Notes: generated by a model from the sequence alone, not told the origin. A stretch of DNA of 64,000 bases from a virus (IMGVR_UViG_3300048930_000528:1-64000), one strand, 5' to 3'; positions 9,681-20,253 are shown, counted from the stretch's first letter. Translations and numbers: made by a program.

Positions 9681-11396
9681 TTAGCTGGCCGGGTTCGGGA
9701 CAGTGCAGCCCAGCGCGCTGATGTTCGGGCACTCGCCCGAGAAGTTGTAGATGATCAGGTGGCGGTGCGGCCGGTCGAGCATCGGCGTCCACTTCGTCGA
9801 GCGCAGGTTGTACTCCTGCACGTTCGGCGTGATGACGCACTTGTACTCGCTGCGGGTCTTGGCGTCCGGGTCCGTGCGCTTCACCGACTTCGTACCGGCC
9901 ACGCCGATCTTCATGTCGGAGAAGTCGAGGAACCACAGCATGCGACCGCGGGAGCGGAAGTCTTCGCCGCCGACGGTCGTGTTGAATGCCGACACGTGAT
10001 CGTCGAAGAACGAGTCGTGGAAGACCGCCCACTGCACGCCCGCATCCGGGATGTCGTACATGTTGTAGTTGAAGAGCACCACGCCGTCGTGGGTGATCTT
10101 CTCGCCGATCTTGGCGTAGCGGATGGTGTCCCAGCCCTTCCGATCCTTGTAGTACTTCGCCATGACGTCGTCGATCTTGCCGGCCGTCCAGCGGTCGGTC
10201 AGGGAGTCGATGACGGAGATCTTGTCGCCGTCGGCCTCGCGGTACCGCTTGAGGTAGTACAGCTGCTCGAAGATGTAGTCGAGGTCGAGCGGCGCACCGT
10301 TCATGTCGATGACGCGCTGGCAATCCGACAGGATGGTGAAGAAGCCGAGGGCGTTCGCCTTGTACTCGAGCGGGCAGTTCGGGGCGAGGACGTCGCCGAT
10401 GGCGTCGAGGTCTTGGTAGCCTTCGACGGTCTGCTTGTCCGAGATCCGCTGGCCGTAGAACACCGAGTTCATCCAGGCGTTCTCCTCAAACATCGTCATT
10501 TGCTTGTTCTGCTCGGCGATGTTGTTGTACTGGAAGCCCTGCATGAACGCGTTGATCTTGCCGGTCATGATCGCGTCCAGGATCTTCTTGTACTGCTCGT
10601 CGATGCAGCGGGAGAACCGGGTCGTCTGGAGCCAGTTCACGATGATCTTCTTGCTCAGGTTGACCGGCGGGTTGTAGCACCACGACTCGCGGTCGGAGAC
10701 TGAGTTGGCACCGGTCTGGGCCACGCCGAAGGTCGGCTGGTAGGCAGCCTTCTCGCCGGAGTTATAGCCGGCCCACGTGCTGGGCGCGACGTTGGGCTCG
10801 ACGGTGACGATCGCCTTGGAGACGCCGCCGGAATCCGCGTTGATGGCAGTGACGATCTTGAAGACGAGGGTCTTCGCGTTCTTGGCGGAGCTGTCGTCCC
10901 ACGTGAGGACGATCAGGGTGTTGCCCGGCAGGAAGTGCCGCTCGATGTTTTCGAGGTCTGTCTTCAGCCACGAGTTGCCTAGGTTGAGCGTCAGATCCCA
11001 CGCGGACGCCGGGTAGGCGATGCCGCCGTTGGTCGTGCCCGCATAGGGATTGACCGTGCCGGCCTCGATGCCGAAGTAGTTCGCATTCACGTGCGAACGC
11101 TGCGGACGCTGGATGTACGGCAGGATGATCGACTGCTCGCCGATCTTCTGCGTGCCGAGCGCGGACTTGATGTTGGTGATGTTCGAGCGGAGGAAAGTCG
11201 CGAAGCCGGATTCCTGAACGCCGAGCACCTTGGCTTCGGCAGCATTCATGATGACGCGGGCCAGATCGATTTCCTTGTTGGAAAGCGCCTCCATCTCCCC
11301 AGGGGTAAGCCCCTTGATCGACGTGGCGGTGAGGGTGCATCCGCAGGACGAGTCAACTTTGACTACGCGCGGGAGACAGTTAACAACGAGTGCCAT
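9681..11396 (-). CDS. Probable major capsid protein, 571 aa
   Basis: Position after portal/scaffold, strongest C-ending codon bias, own upstream non-coding leader; fold not confirmed. Confidence 0.7.
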   Translation of the reverse strand: MALVVNCLPRVVKVDSSCGCTLTATSIKGLTPGEMEALSNKEIDLARVIMNAAEAKVLGVQESGFATFLRSNITNIKSALGTQKIGEQSIILPYIQRPQRSHVNANYFGIEAGTVNPYAGTTNGGIAYPASAWDLTLNLGNSWLKTDLENIERHFLPGNTLIVLTWDDSSAKNAKTLVFKIVTAINADSGGVSKAIVTVEPNVAPSTWAGYNSGEKAAYQPTFGVAQTGANSVSDRESWCYNPPVNLSKKIIVNWLQTTRFSRCIDEQYKKILDAIMTGKINAFMQGFQYNNIAEQNKQMTMFEENAWMNSVFYGQRISDKQTVEGYQDLDAIGDVLAPNCPLEYKANALGFFTILSDCQRVIDMNGAPLDLDYIFEQLYYLKRYREADGDKISVIDSLTDRWTAGKIDDVMAKYYKDRKGWDTIRYAKIGEKITHDGVVLFNYNMYDIPDAGVQWAVFHDSFFDDHVSAFNTTVGGEDFRSRGRMLWFLDFSDMKIGVAGTKSVKRTDPDAKTRSEYKCVITPNVQEYNLRSTKWTPMLDRPHRHLIIYNFSGECPNISALGCTVPNPAS

Positions 11397-11527
11397 GGGT
11401 GTATTGGGTTGCAGTTACTTGCAACCCGAGGTTACACACCCGGCTCCGCGCATTTCTCGCCAACCCCGAAAATGCCTAGGTTTTTTTCAAAATCGCCAAA
11501 AACGGCTTTGTTTTGACATTCCTCAAA

Positions 11528-12217
11528 TCACTTTCGCGCCGCTTCGGGCCGCTTGGCCACCACGAAAAGATCCTCGCCGCGCAGCGTAGTGGGGTAGCCT
11601 GATGCCTCAAGGAATCGCACGATGCGGGAGTGCTGGGTATCCGTGATGGCATTGCGCCACACGTCGAGCGTCTCGCGCCTATCGATCACGAATCCGGCCG
11701 AGCGCAGCAGGTCGTCCAGTTCGTACGGCGCATATTCCCGGACGTGCGGCCGGTAGAGCATGGGTGGGACAAGCCGCATGGCATGGTGCATGACGGTGAT
11801 ACTCACTGCATTCGGCGTCGTCAGGAACAGCTTCCCGCCGGGGCGGAGGAGATTGATCGTGGCCCGTAGCATGGAGTCCGCGCCCGTACCTCGCCACTCG
11901 GTGGCGATGAGGCCATTTGGCGGATCGACGTCATTGACGTGCTCCAGCACCTCCATGCAGAGAACCAAGTCGAAGTGTTGCAGCCGACCCGCCTCGAACA
12001 TGATCGCCTCGCCCCTGCGCAGGTCGCACGTCGTGGCATGCAGCTCGTCCTCCGGAAACCGGCTGCGGTAGAGCGGGGTGAATGCGCCGTGCCCGCCAAG
12101 CTCCAGCACGCGCAGCGGCTTGCTGCGGTCCAGCGTGGCCAGCCATTCGAGGCTGACGCGGAACCGCTCCATGTGGTCGCGGGTGTAGGAGTCAGCCGAG
12201 TAGTCGCAGGTACTCAT
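11528..12217 (-). CDS. Class I SAM-dependent methyltransferase (small molecule/glycan type)
   Basis: VLELGG motif I, FDLVLCMEVLEHV, LRPGGKLFLTTPN, HVREY. Confidence 0.85.
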   Translation of the reverse strand: MSTCDYSADSYTRDHMERFRVSLEWLATLDRSKPLRVLELGGHGAFTPLYRSRFPEDELHATTCDLRRGEAIMFEAGRLQHFDLVLCMEVLEHVNDVDPPNGLIATEWRGTGADSMLRATINLLRPGGKLFLTTPNAVSITVMHHAMRLVPPMLYRPHVREYAPYELDDLLRSAGFVIDRRETLDVWRNAITDTQHSRIVRFLEASGYPTTLRGEDLFVVAKRPEAARK

Positions 12218-13328
12218 CCTTGTGGATCTCCGTTACGCCAGGCCGGCTGGCGACAAGTTCAACGGTGGCCGGGTCCGTCACTTCGACGACGCCCGGAAGA
12301 TTGCCCAGCAAGATCGATCGCGGGCCTTTGGTGTGCTGCCACTCAAGATACCTGCCGACACCCGTGCGGATAGGCCGCGTGGCGTTGGTTGTCTTGAAGT
12401 AGCGGGCGCGCGGCGTGGTGAACGCAGCCACGCCCTTGAACTCAAGCTCGCTGTCCTTGATGCGAACCAAGGCATCGTAGCTGTCGTTGATGCCCACGGT
12501 GACAAGGTGCGTGCCATCAAGCAGGACGTGGCCAACGGGGAACACCACGTAGGGCATCCAGTGTGGCACCGACGGGTTCGGCTGCTCCGGGTCGTTGCCG
12601 CTGGCTCGCGCGATCGGTTCGGTGATGCCCACTATGTCGAACGGCGGCTCGAGTGCGAAGGAGTAGGCCCCGAAGTTGTACCGGCGGATGCGCTCAGGGT
12701 GGGGAACGTGCGAGTGGAAGAAGCTGATGAAGGCATCGCTCATGGCCATGGGCGGTGTGCCGCCACGCATCTCGCCCTCCGGCCAGTGAATTTGCTGCTT
12801 GCCCTTCCACTCATTCACCACGTTGCCATCGTCGTCGATCTCAACCACGACATGCGGCGAGATGCGGTACACGAAGAACAGGCGGCCGTCCTTCGAGAAG
12901 AACTGCCAGTTCTTCTCGGACTTGTCGAAGTTGCGGCCGTAGCGGATGTCGATGACACGCTCCACGTCGAGTTCTTCGTCGAGTTGCACGAGCTTCTGCA
13001 CGGAAACATAGGGCTGCCGGGTGTAGTGGCCTTCGGTGTAGGCCATCATCACCTTGTCGCCGTGCATGAAGAGTCGTGCGTCCTCAAACTGCTCATGACC
13101 GAGTGGCGCAGGCAGGTTCATCACCTTGATCCGCTTCGAGTCGCGCCCGTTCAAGACACACAGGACGATCTCGCACCGGCCCTTTGTGGGGTTGAAGTGC
13201 CGGGTCGTTAGGATGGTGGATTCACCAAGGCGAATCATCCCGCTGTTGTAGGCCCTGCCCTTGGCCCACGAATGCCGGATGAAGTCCGCCCGCACCTGCT
13301 GGGTGATGGAGGGGATGCGGTCCATCAC
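12192..13328 (-). CDS. Five-bladed beta-propeller glycosidase/phosphorylase-like protein (GH43/GH130-like) with extra C-terminal domain
   Basis: YNSG, EDARLF, EKNWQFF, RGGTPP, VVFPVG, VGIND motifs. Confidence 0.75.
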   Translation of the reverse strand: MMDRIPSITQQVRADFIRHSWAKGRAYNSGMIRLGESTILTTRHFNPTKGRCEIVLCVLNGRDSKRIKVMNLPAPLGHEQFEDARLFMHGDKVMMAYTEGHYTRQPYVSVQKLVQLDEELDVERVIDIRYGRNFDKSEKNWQFFSKDGRLFFVYRISPHVVVEIDDDGNVVNEWKGKQQIHWPEGEMRGGTPPMAMSDAFISFFHSHVPHPERIRRYNFGAYSFALEPPFDIVGITEPIARASGNDPEQPNPSVPHWMPYVVFPVGHVLLDGTHLVTVGINDSYDALVRIKDSELEFKGVAAFTTPRARYFKTTNATRPIRTGVGRYLEWQHTKGPRSILLGNLPGVVEVTDPATVELVASRPGVTEIHKDEYLRLLG

Positions 13329-14761
13329 TCTTCGCCTAGGAGGAGCCGACGTGCAAGGGACGGGCGCTCGGCGCCCTCGCTACCGCCGGAGGCCGGGATC
13401 GGCGACGGGCGGGGCGCGGGCGGAGCCGATGCGGCCGGCGGGGTCACGGGAGCCGCAGCCGGCGGGGTGGCCGCGGGAGTGACGGCTGGCGCCTTCGGCG
13501 TGCGCTTAAAGCCGGCCTTCTCCAGCCGGGCCTGCTCCTGCGCGATGTAGTCGCGGGTCGCCTTCACGGCAGTTTCCTTTGCCCGCTCGATGATCTCCTG
13601 ATTCGTGAAGGTCCAGTACTTCGACCGCTCTGCAACCGGAAGGCGGAAGTACACGCTGCGAGTGGCGAACCGCTTCCCCTCCTTCATGCGAGCCGCGCCC
13701 CCGGACTGCTCGAACTCGTCGCAGGTCTGGTTGATGAACTGGCTGATCCGGCTGTGCGTCGGATTCTTCTCGTCGAAGGCGGCGATGGCCCGGCCGGTCT
13801 TGGGGTTGATGGTCGTCAGCCGCATGAACTCCTCCATGTCGTTTGCCGCCGTAGCGAACACCTTCTGCGACACCTCGACCTCGAAGGCGTAGTCCTCGCG
13901 GAGCTTCGCCATGCCGCTGCCGGGCTTGGCTTTCTCGGCCTCCGCGAAGGCAGCCTTCATGTCGTCGCTCAGGCCGGCATGCAGGAGTTCGCCAAAGAGC
14001 TTGTCGGCCTTCTGCTTGATGACGGGCTCCTCTTTGATGCGGTAGATCTCGTCGTGCGCTGACTTGATCTGCTCGTCGGTCTCGCGGCGAATCTCCTCGC
14101 GGATCTTGGCGGTCTTGAGTTCGTCGGCTTCGAGGGGGTTGAACCGCACCGCGTTGGCCGCGAGCCAGTCCTGGTACTCCTCGTTCGTGTCGTCGAAGCG
14201 GACGTTCGGGTCTTTGCGCTTCGCCGCGGCGAGGTAGTCGTTGTGCTCCTTGAAGAACTTCAGGAGCTTGGCAGAGCGGCCGGCGTACTTCTCGGGGTTG
14301 GTGCGCTCGCCAATGCGGGCGAGTTCGAGCTGGGCCTTCTCCTCGGGGAGAAGCTCCGACTCGTCGATGGGCGCAGGGGGCGGCGTCGCAGCAGGTGCCG
14401 GGGCCGGCTTGGGCTCCTCCGCGGTTGGCGCGGGAGGGATCTCCTTCTTCTTCGCACGGATCGGCTTCACCGGCTCCGGTTCGGGAGTGGGCGCGGCCGG
14501 CGCGGGTGCCGGCTTCTCCTCGGTCGGCTTGGCCCCCTCGGCGGGCGGCGTGGCGGCGGGCTCCTCGGGCGCGTCGAGTGCCTCGTGGATCGACCGCGGG
14601 CGGTCGTTCTCGTCCACGGGCGGCGGAGTGTCCTCCGCGGGCGCGCCTTCTTCGACAATGCCGAAGAGGAGCTTGAGGCTGGGATCGAGCGCCGCGTCGC
14701 CCGTGGGCGGCGTGGCAGGAGTTGCCGGCGCGGCCGGCGGCGTGTCGGTGGGAGTACTCAT
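13325..14761 (-). CDS. Probable scaffolding protein, 478 aa
   Basis: Pro/Ala/Glu-rich termini with helical core; lies between portal and capsid. Confidence 0.55.
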   Translation of the reverse strand: MSTPTDTPPAAPATPATPPTGDAALDPSLKLLFGIVEEGAPAEDTPPPVDENDRPRSIHEALDAPEEPAATPPAEGAKPTEEKPAPAPAAPTPEPEPVKPIRAKKKEIPPAPTAEEPKPAPAPAATPPPAPIDESELLPEEKAQLELARIGERTNPEKYAGRSAKLLKFFKEHNDYLAAAKRKDPNVRFDDTNEEYQDWLAANAVRFNPLEADELKTAKIREEIRRETDEQIKSAHDEIYRIKEEPVIKQKADKLFGELLHAGLSDDMKAAFAEAEKAKPGSGMAKLREDYAFEVEVSQKVFATAANDMEEFMRLTTINPKTGRAIAAFDEKNPTHSRISQFINQTCDEFEQSGGAARMKEGKRFATRSVYFRLPVAERSKYWTFTNQEIIERAKETAVKATRDYIAQEQARLEKAGFKRTPKAPAVTPAATPPAAAPVTPPAASAPPAPRPSPIPASGGSEGAERPSLARRLLLGEE

Positions 14762-14770
14762 GTCGAAAGG

Positions 14771-17083
14771 TTACGCGGCTTGCGGCTCGCCAAGTTCGGG
14801 CGGCGCAGCGCCAACGGGAAGTGCGGCCGGCGGCGGGCCGGGAGGCAGGGCCTCGCCTGGAACCGGGGGAGGCGGCTGGGCCTGACCCATCATCTGCGAA
14901 AGCGCGGCCTCGATCTGGGCAAGGCGCTGTTCCACGTCGCCCGCTCCCCCGATGGACTCCTCCTCGCCGTCCTCCAGTTCGAGATTCAGGTCCGTCGCAC
15001 CGGCCATGCGGGCCAGTTCGTTGACCATGTCGAACAGGCGGCGGGCTCCGAGCTTCTTGGCCACCGGCTCGATTTGCAGGATCATGCCGAGCAGCTTCGA
15101 TAGGGCCTCGGCGCCCTGCACGTTGGTCGCACGCTCCGAACCGTCGCGCGACTCAAAGGTGTAGTCGTACTGGAGCTGAGATACATCGCCAATGACGGTC
15201 GTCTTGATCGGGATGATGTCGCTGTCAGGCCGGTCGCGGTAGGCCTCCTCGTCGAGGAACTTGAAGCCAGCCTTGCGGATCGTGCCCTTCGTGTAGCGGT
15301 GGGTGACAGGTACGCGGAAGGCCTGAGTCGAACAGCAAATAAGCGACTCGTAGAGCAGTCGGCGCACCGCGGCGCGCTGTTCGTCGATGCCGTCGGAGAC
15401 GAAGGACTGGATCGCATTGGTCGTCGTCGCAATCTCGGCCACCTCGCGGGCGGCGACGGTCTTCTCGATCGGCTGGCCCGCTTCGTTGGGGCTCATCGCA
15501 ACGATGCGGTCGGCGAAGGAGACCACGCGCGCCATGGCATCGTAGATCTCCATGAGCTTCGCCCGCATGTCGGCCTGGATGAAAGTGATGACGGCGTTTG
15601 CCCCTTGGTTCGGCGAGTTCAGCCCAAGCTGGCGCATCTTGGCGCCTGAGTAGAGGAGCACCATGGGGTCGGTGTAGATGCTGCCGCGCTCCGCAGCCTT
15701 CTTGATCTCCGCCTGCATGCTCGGCTCAAGGGCATCCTTGTCCACTGCCCAAATCTGCATGAGGCCCGCCTTGAGGACCATCATCAACTGGGTCATGAGA
15801 TTCGAGAGCTGGTCTTGGAACGGCATCAGCTCCATCGCCATCGAGGCGCTGACCTCGCGATCGTCGTTCTCGTTGTACCCACCGTAGCAGGCCGGCAGCG
15901 AAGGCATCACCTCGGCGCCAATGATTGTGTGGTCGCCGGCAATCGTGAGGCGGACCCACACGTCTTGATTCAACTCCGAGACCCCGAGCTTCTTGAAGTT
16001 GATCTTCTTGAAGACCTGACCCACCACACAGCCGTTGCTCCGGTTGCGTTCGTTGTAGATGCCGATCTGGTTGCGACGGTCGTTCTCGCCGGCCGGATTC
16101 TGAGAAAGCTCAGGCCAGCTGAGGATCTTCGGGTCGAAGTAGTAGTTGAAGTACGAGCCGTACTGCTCGAACAGACCGTGCATGCTGTCCCCCATGGAGA
16201 CGGCATCGAGGTTGTAGTAGTCACCATCAAGGAGGTCGCCAAAGCGGACGATGTCCCAGTAACCAATCCAGCGCGGGCCGGTGTCGGTGTTGATGTTGGG
16301 TAGGGGGGCGGAGTTATCCCAGAAGGTCCGGGTGGGGTGGGGCGCAACGAAGTCGATACCCTCGCGCACGATGTAGCTCTCGGTCTCGATCTCCTCGGAT
16401 TCGAGGTTCACGCTCTTCGGGCGCCAGCCGGTCTGAACATCCCATCCGCACCGCGGGAACACGATGCTCCGCGAGTACATGAACTGGTGCCGGTAGGTCT
16501 GCGCAAAGAAGTGCCGGTGGTTGTACTGGTTGGCCATCACGTCCACGCGCTGGGAGAGCGCATCGCCGCGGAGCTTTGCCACGTCGTCCGTACCGCGGGG
16601 GGCGTAGGAGAGGAACGGCCACAGGTTGGAGAATCGGGCGGTCTGCGCCGCCACGCGCCGCGTGACGTTGGCGCGAATCAGATTGATCGGCGTGTCTTGG
16701 AGCTTCGGCAGGTTGACCGACAGCCGGTTGTCGTCTCCAGGCTTTTCGCCCGGCTTTTGGACGACGTACTTCTCCAGTGCCTCCTTACCCATCCCGGTGA
16801 GCTGCTGGCAAAGCCCCTCGATCTTCAGCTTCCCCTCCGCCCACATCAAAAGCGGAATCGTCTCCGGCTGGATCGGTCGCCCATCCATCGCCATGTCCAC
16901 CGCCTGATACTTCGCTGCGTGGCGCAGGCTGCGACGCATCCCGTCCTCCACCAGGTCCATCACGCTGCACTGAATCGCCTTCCTCGCCTTCCCCTTCGGG
17001 TCGGTCTCGTCCTTGCACGTGAAGATCGCCCGGAGATCCTGGGGCTCGAGCTTGTACTTCTTGAGGAGAAGGCGATGGACCAT
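14771..17083 (-). CDS. Probable portal protein, 770 aa
   Basis: Size, position downstream of terminase, Pro/Gln-rich tail typical of podoviral portals. Confidence 0.7.
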   Translation of the reverse strand: MVHRLLLKKYKLEPQDLRAIFTCKDETDPKGKARKAIQCSVMDLVEDGMRRSLRHAAKYQAVDMAMDGRPIQPETIPLLMWAEGKLKIEGLCQQLTGMGKEALEKYVVQKPGEKPGDDNRLSVNLPKLQDTPINLIRANVTRRVAAQTARFSNLWPFLSYAPRGTDDVAKLRGDALSQRVDVMANQYNHRHFFAQTYRHQFMYSRSIVFPRCGWDVQTGWRPKSVNLESEEIETESYIVREGIDFVAPHPTRTFWDNSAPLPNINTDTGPRWIGYWDIVRFGDLLDGDYYNLDAVSMGDSMHGLFEQYGSYFNYYFDPKILSWPELSQNPAGENDRRNQIGIYNERNRSNGCVVGQVFKKINFKKLGVSELNQDVWVRLTIAGDHTIIGAEVMPSLPACYGGYNENDDREVSASMAMELMPFQDQLSNLMTQLMMVLKAGLMQIWAVDKDALEPSMQAEIKKAAERGSIYTDPMVLLYSGAKMRQLGLNSPNQGANAVITFIQADMRAKLMEIYDAMARVVSFADRIVAMSPNEAGQPIEKTVAAREVAEIATTTNAIQSFVSDGIDEQRAAVRRLLYESLICCSTQAFRVPVTHRYTKGTIRKAGFKFLDEEAYRDRPDSDIIPIKTTVIGDVSQLQYDYTFESRDGSERATNVQGAEALSKLLGMILQIEPVAKKLGARRLFDMVNELARMAGATDLNLELEDGEEESIGGAGDVEQRLAQIEAALSQMMGQAQPPPPVPGEALPPGPPPAALPVGAAPPELGEPQAA

Positions 17084-17417
17084 GTTTGGGGATCGGGTTC
17101 GGAATGATGTCGTTCGTGAAGGGCCGCATTACCTCGGCCTCAAGGAGCGTCAGAAGCAGGCAGGCCGGTCCGGGGAGCCGGTTCGTCGTAGGGAATGACG
17201 ACTGGTTGAGGTACGAGTGCGGCAGGCAGATGAGCGACGCCAACTCGGAGGACGTGAGATTGAGGAAGCGAGCGAGCCGGCAGTATCGGTCGTAGTCCCA
17301 GCGAGCGATGATACCGAGCTTCGCATAGTGTAGGTCGAACAGGACGGAAGCGGGCGTCTTGAACTTCGATGGCCTGTTCTGGAAGACCGGTTTCCAAACC
17401 TTATTCTTCGTCGTCAT
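16785..17417 (-). CDS. Hypothetical protein with HTH-like segment; 3' end overlaps portal by ~300 bp
   Basis: RLARFLNLTSSELASLI helix-turn-helix-like pattern; ATG at 17417. Confidence 0.5.
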   Translation of the reverse strand: MTTKNKVWKPVFQNRPSKFKTPASVLFDLHYAKLGIIARWDYDRYCRLARFLNLTSSELASLICLPHSYLNQSSFPTTNRLPGPACLLLTLLEAEVMRPFTNDIIPNPIPKHGPSPSPQEVQARAPGSPGDLHVQGRDRPEGEGEEGDSVQRDGPGGGRDASQPAPRSEVSGGGHGDGWATDPAGDDSAFDVGGGEAEDRGALPAAHRDG

Positions 17418-17643
17418 CGCCGCCGAGATTGGGCATCCCGTCGTCAGCGTTGTCGTCGTTCGATTCGAGGTCATCGGCGGCTTCGGTGCCGGCCTCGGCC
17501 TCTTCGAGTTCAAGGACCAGCGTCTGCTCGTCCTTCGAGTAGATCGCCGTCGTGAGGTTGACCTTGGCGCCGGGCTCCATGTCGGAGATCAGTTCGGCCA
17601 CCTCGGGGTTTTTCTTCAGGTCGATGGAGAGTCGTTGGGACAT
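17401..17643 (-). CDS. Small acidic hypothetical protein
   Basis: ATG at 17643, good codon usage, D/E-rich tail. Confidence 0.7.
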   Translation of the reverse strand: MSQRLSIDLKKNPEVAELISDMEPGAKVNLTTAIYSKDEQTLVLELEEAEAGTEAADDLESNDDNADDGMPNLGGDDDEE

Positions 17644-17689
17644 TGGTGGGAAGCGTGTAAGCTCTGTTTTGAGGTAACAAAATAGAGTG

Positions 17690-19300
17690 TCAACCTCGGA
17701 TGCGGATGAGTTCCTGCGTCCCCTCTTCAATGGGCGCGAGCAGGTGGGGCATCATCGCATTGGTGATGATCGGGTAGGTGAGCGCGTCGAAAACGTGCAG
17801 GTGGTCGCTGCGCACGGGAGTCAGCGCGAGGTCCGGGTCGAATGCCTCGCCGGGCTTTTGCTCCTTCGATTCGAGGAGGTTCAGCATCGCCTGGATCTTC
17901 GTGCATCCCGCCGACACCCAAAAGTCGCCGGCACTGATGGCATCCATGAGGAGCCGCGTGCGAAGCGGCACGGAGCCGGCAAACTTTGGCGCAGGCCTTA
18001 CTTCAATGCGCGGGAGGCTCAGCGCGTCCACTACGGCGTTGCCAGCGGCCTCAAGCTCCGTCACGTCGAAGGAACCCGAGCCCGCCTTGAACTGGTTGAA
18101 CGCCGAGTTGTCCGAGATCCATACGTTCTGAAAACGTCCGCCAACCTGCTGCTGCCACCACGCCAGCCGGCGGAGCACGACGGGCATGAGCACCTCGTAC
18201 TTGATCCGGCGGCGGTTGATGACGACTTCGTCGAAGGCGACCCACTTCATGCGCTGCTCGATGGGCAATCGCTGGAGCATGACGAAGGCGTTGTAGACGG
18301 CGCCAGGGTCCATCCCGATGATGATGGGGTAGCCCACGGTCGGCAGAATCCATTCCGGGCTGTCGAGCGCCGGCTTCACGTAGCGCATCGCAATCCACAC
18401 GTCCTTGAAGATCGACGTGCCGCTGGGCCTGTCCACCCACTCGCCGCGGAGCATGCGCGCCGCTTCGACGGGGTCATGCTTGTAGAGCTTCTCCAAGCCC
18501 TCGATGTAGCCCTTGGGCAAGTTGTGCCTGTTGCTGGAAACCGGAACGTGGACCCGGTGATAGTCGGGGTCCCATCGGTCAGCCTTCTCGTCGTAGGCCT
18601 CTACCATCCATACCTGATGAACCCAGTGCTTCGGGCTGTCTGGGTTGCACGCGGCGGTGTACTGCTGAGGGCCTTCGATGCCGGGCCGGCGACCGACCTG
18701 AATGGCGACGGCGTTGAGATACTCGCGGCTGTCGCAGGAGGTCAGTTCGTCCCAAAGCACAAAAGACGGCTCGAAGCCGCGCATACGGTCGCGTAGCTGT
18801 GTCGCATGCGGGCAGGAAATTAGAACGACAAGCGACCAGCCGCCGTGCCTGTTGCCTATCCAGAGGTACTCGTTGTGCTGCGAGTCGTACTTCACGTCGG
18901 TGTACTCAAGGCCCATTCCATCATCGAGTAGGTTGCCGTCGGGGTCGCGATTGCCATCCCTCCACGTCGGGAGGATTTGGTTCACGAGCTTGTCCCAAAC
19001 ACCGCCCTTCGTGGCCATTGATCGAACACGAACGCCGATCAAGCAAAGCGCGTTCGCATTCTCGTAAGCATGCCTAACTAGCTTATGGCCAAGGCTATGG
19101 GTTTTCCCGCTTCCCTTCTCGCCGTCTGCAAGAATGAATTTTGCAGGCGAATCGAATATCTCCTGCTGCTCAGGCCCCAGCATCGGGCTCCACCCGCCAT
19201 CGTCGGACGTCTTGCGTGGTTTCTTCGGTGGCGGCGGCGGAGGTTCGATGACCTCGTGAAGCGCATCCAGCGCCTCGGCGTCGATGGGTAGGCGCGGCAT
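17690..19300 (-). CDS. terL: Terminase large subunit
   Basis: Walker A GEKGSGKT, Walker B VLWDE, AACNP coupling motif, nuclease GMDPG and DHLHVFDA; start by TAATG overlap at 19300. Confidence 0.9.
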   Translation of the reverse strand: MPRLPIDAEALDALHEVIEPPPPPPKKPRKTSDDGGWSPMLGPEQQEIFDSPAKFILADGEKGSGKTHSLGHKLVRHAYENANALCLIGVRVRSMATKGGVWDKLVNQILPTWRDGNRDPDGNLLDDGMGLEYTDVKYDSQHNEYLWIGNRHGGWSLVVLISCPHATQLRDRMRGFEPSFVLWDELTSCDSREYLNAVAIQVGRRPGIEGPQQYTAACNPDSPKHWVHQVWMVEAYDEKADRWDPDYHRVHVPVSSNRHNLPKGYIEGLEKLYKHDPVEAARMLRGEWVDRPSGTSIFKDVWIAMRYVKPALDSPEWILPTVGYPIIIGMDPGAVYNAFVMLQRLPIEQRMKWVAFDEVVINRRRIKYEVLMPVVLRRLAWWQQQVGGRFQNVWISDNSAFNQFKAGSGSFDVTELEAAGNAVVDALSLPRIEVRPAPKFAGSVPLRTRLLMDAISAGDFWVSAGCTKIQAMLNLLESKEQKPGEAFDPDLALTPVRSDHLHVFDALTYPIITNAMMPHLLAPIEEGTQELIRIRG

Positions 19301-20253
19301 TATTTGGTGAGGGGCGTGAACCCGACCTTCTTCACTTCCTTGCCAGGCGCCGCCTTGGCCCTGGCCGCGGTGATCTTGGCCAGCATGCCGGCGCCGGACA
19401 CAGTGCGATCGTAGCCCTTGCCTATGATCTCGACGATGTCGGTGTAGCACTTCTGCCACTCGATGCGCAGCTCGTGGTCAAGCGTCTCGTCGCGCAGGTA
19501 CACGGTGCGGATGTGCTCGGCCTCCTCCATCAGCGAGACGTTGAGGAGAACCATCATCTTGTGGCTCATGTCCAGCGAGGCGGCAAGGAACCGGCCGGCA
19601 TTGGGTGCGAACTCATCGAAGGCGCGGAGCCGCTCCGTAGTGGCCTTGCTGATACCGGCTTTCTCCAGCCCGCCCCGGATCAGCTCAACGTCCTGCTTGC
19701 GGATCTGGTCGGCGAGGGCGCGGTCTTCAGTCTCGTCCCCAACAGAGGCGAGCGGGCGGCGGGTGATGACCTCCGTCAATCCGGGCGGGCCTACGTCCAC
19801 GCCGCGGGTCCACACGGCGCGCAGCTGGTCGTCCCTCGCAATGCGCATCCGCACGTGAGCGACGGTCGTGCCGAGCACTTCGGCTGTCAGTTTCAGGTCT
19901 CCGTCAGAGGCCTTCAGGGCTCGAATGAGATCGTTTCGGGTGATGGGCGGGAGCGTGGCTTCCGGCCCGGCCCGCCGACCGCGAGGCTTGGGTCCACCTG
20001 CCACTTCGCCCCCAGCTGCCTCCTGATCTCGTGAATCCTTCTCGCCCTCGCCATCCTCTCCACTTCCACCGCCCTCCGCTTCAACTGGCTCTGGAGCATC
20101 TCCAGCTTGAGGTCTCGGTGTACCCGCTGGTTGGCCATCGCCAAATAGCGCGCATAGCTCTTCGATGCCGCCTGAAACGCTTTCTTCACTTCCTCCGGTG
20201 TCGGCAGCTTCCTCGTCTCGGCCTCGGTGATTTCCCTTTGGATTCTCTTCCAT
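19300..20253 (-). CDS. Putative terminase small subunit-like HTH protein (true start uncertain)
   Basis: Directly upstream of terL; LIRALKASDGDLKLTAEVLG Fis-like HTH. Confidence 0.5.
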   Translation of the reverse strand: MEENPKGNHRGRDEEAADTGGSEESVSGGIEELCALFGDGQPAGTPRPQAGDAPEPVEAEGGGSGEDGEGEKDSRDQEAAGGEVAGGPKPRGRRAGPEATLPPITRNDLIRALKASDGDLKLTAEVLGTTVAHVRMRIARDDQLRAVWTRGVDVGPPGLTEVITRRPLASVGDETEDRALADQIRKQDVELIRGGLEKAGISKATTERLRAFDEFAPNAGRFLAASLDMSHKMMVLLNVSLMEEAEHIRTVYLRDETLDHELRIEWQKCYTDIVEIIGKGYDRTVSGAGMLAKITAARAKAAPGKEVKKVGFTPLTK

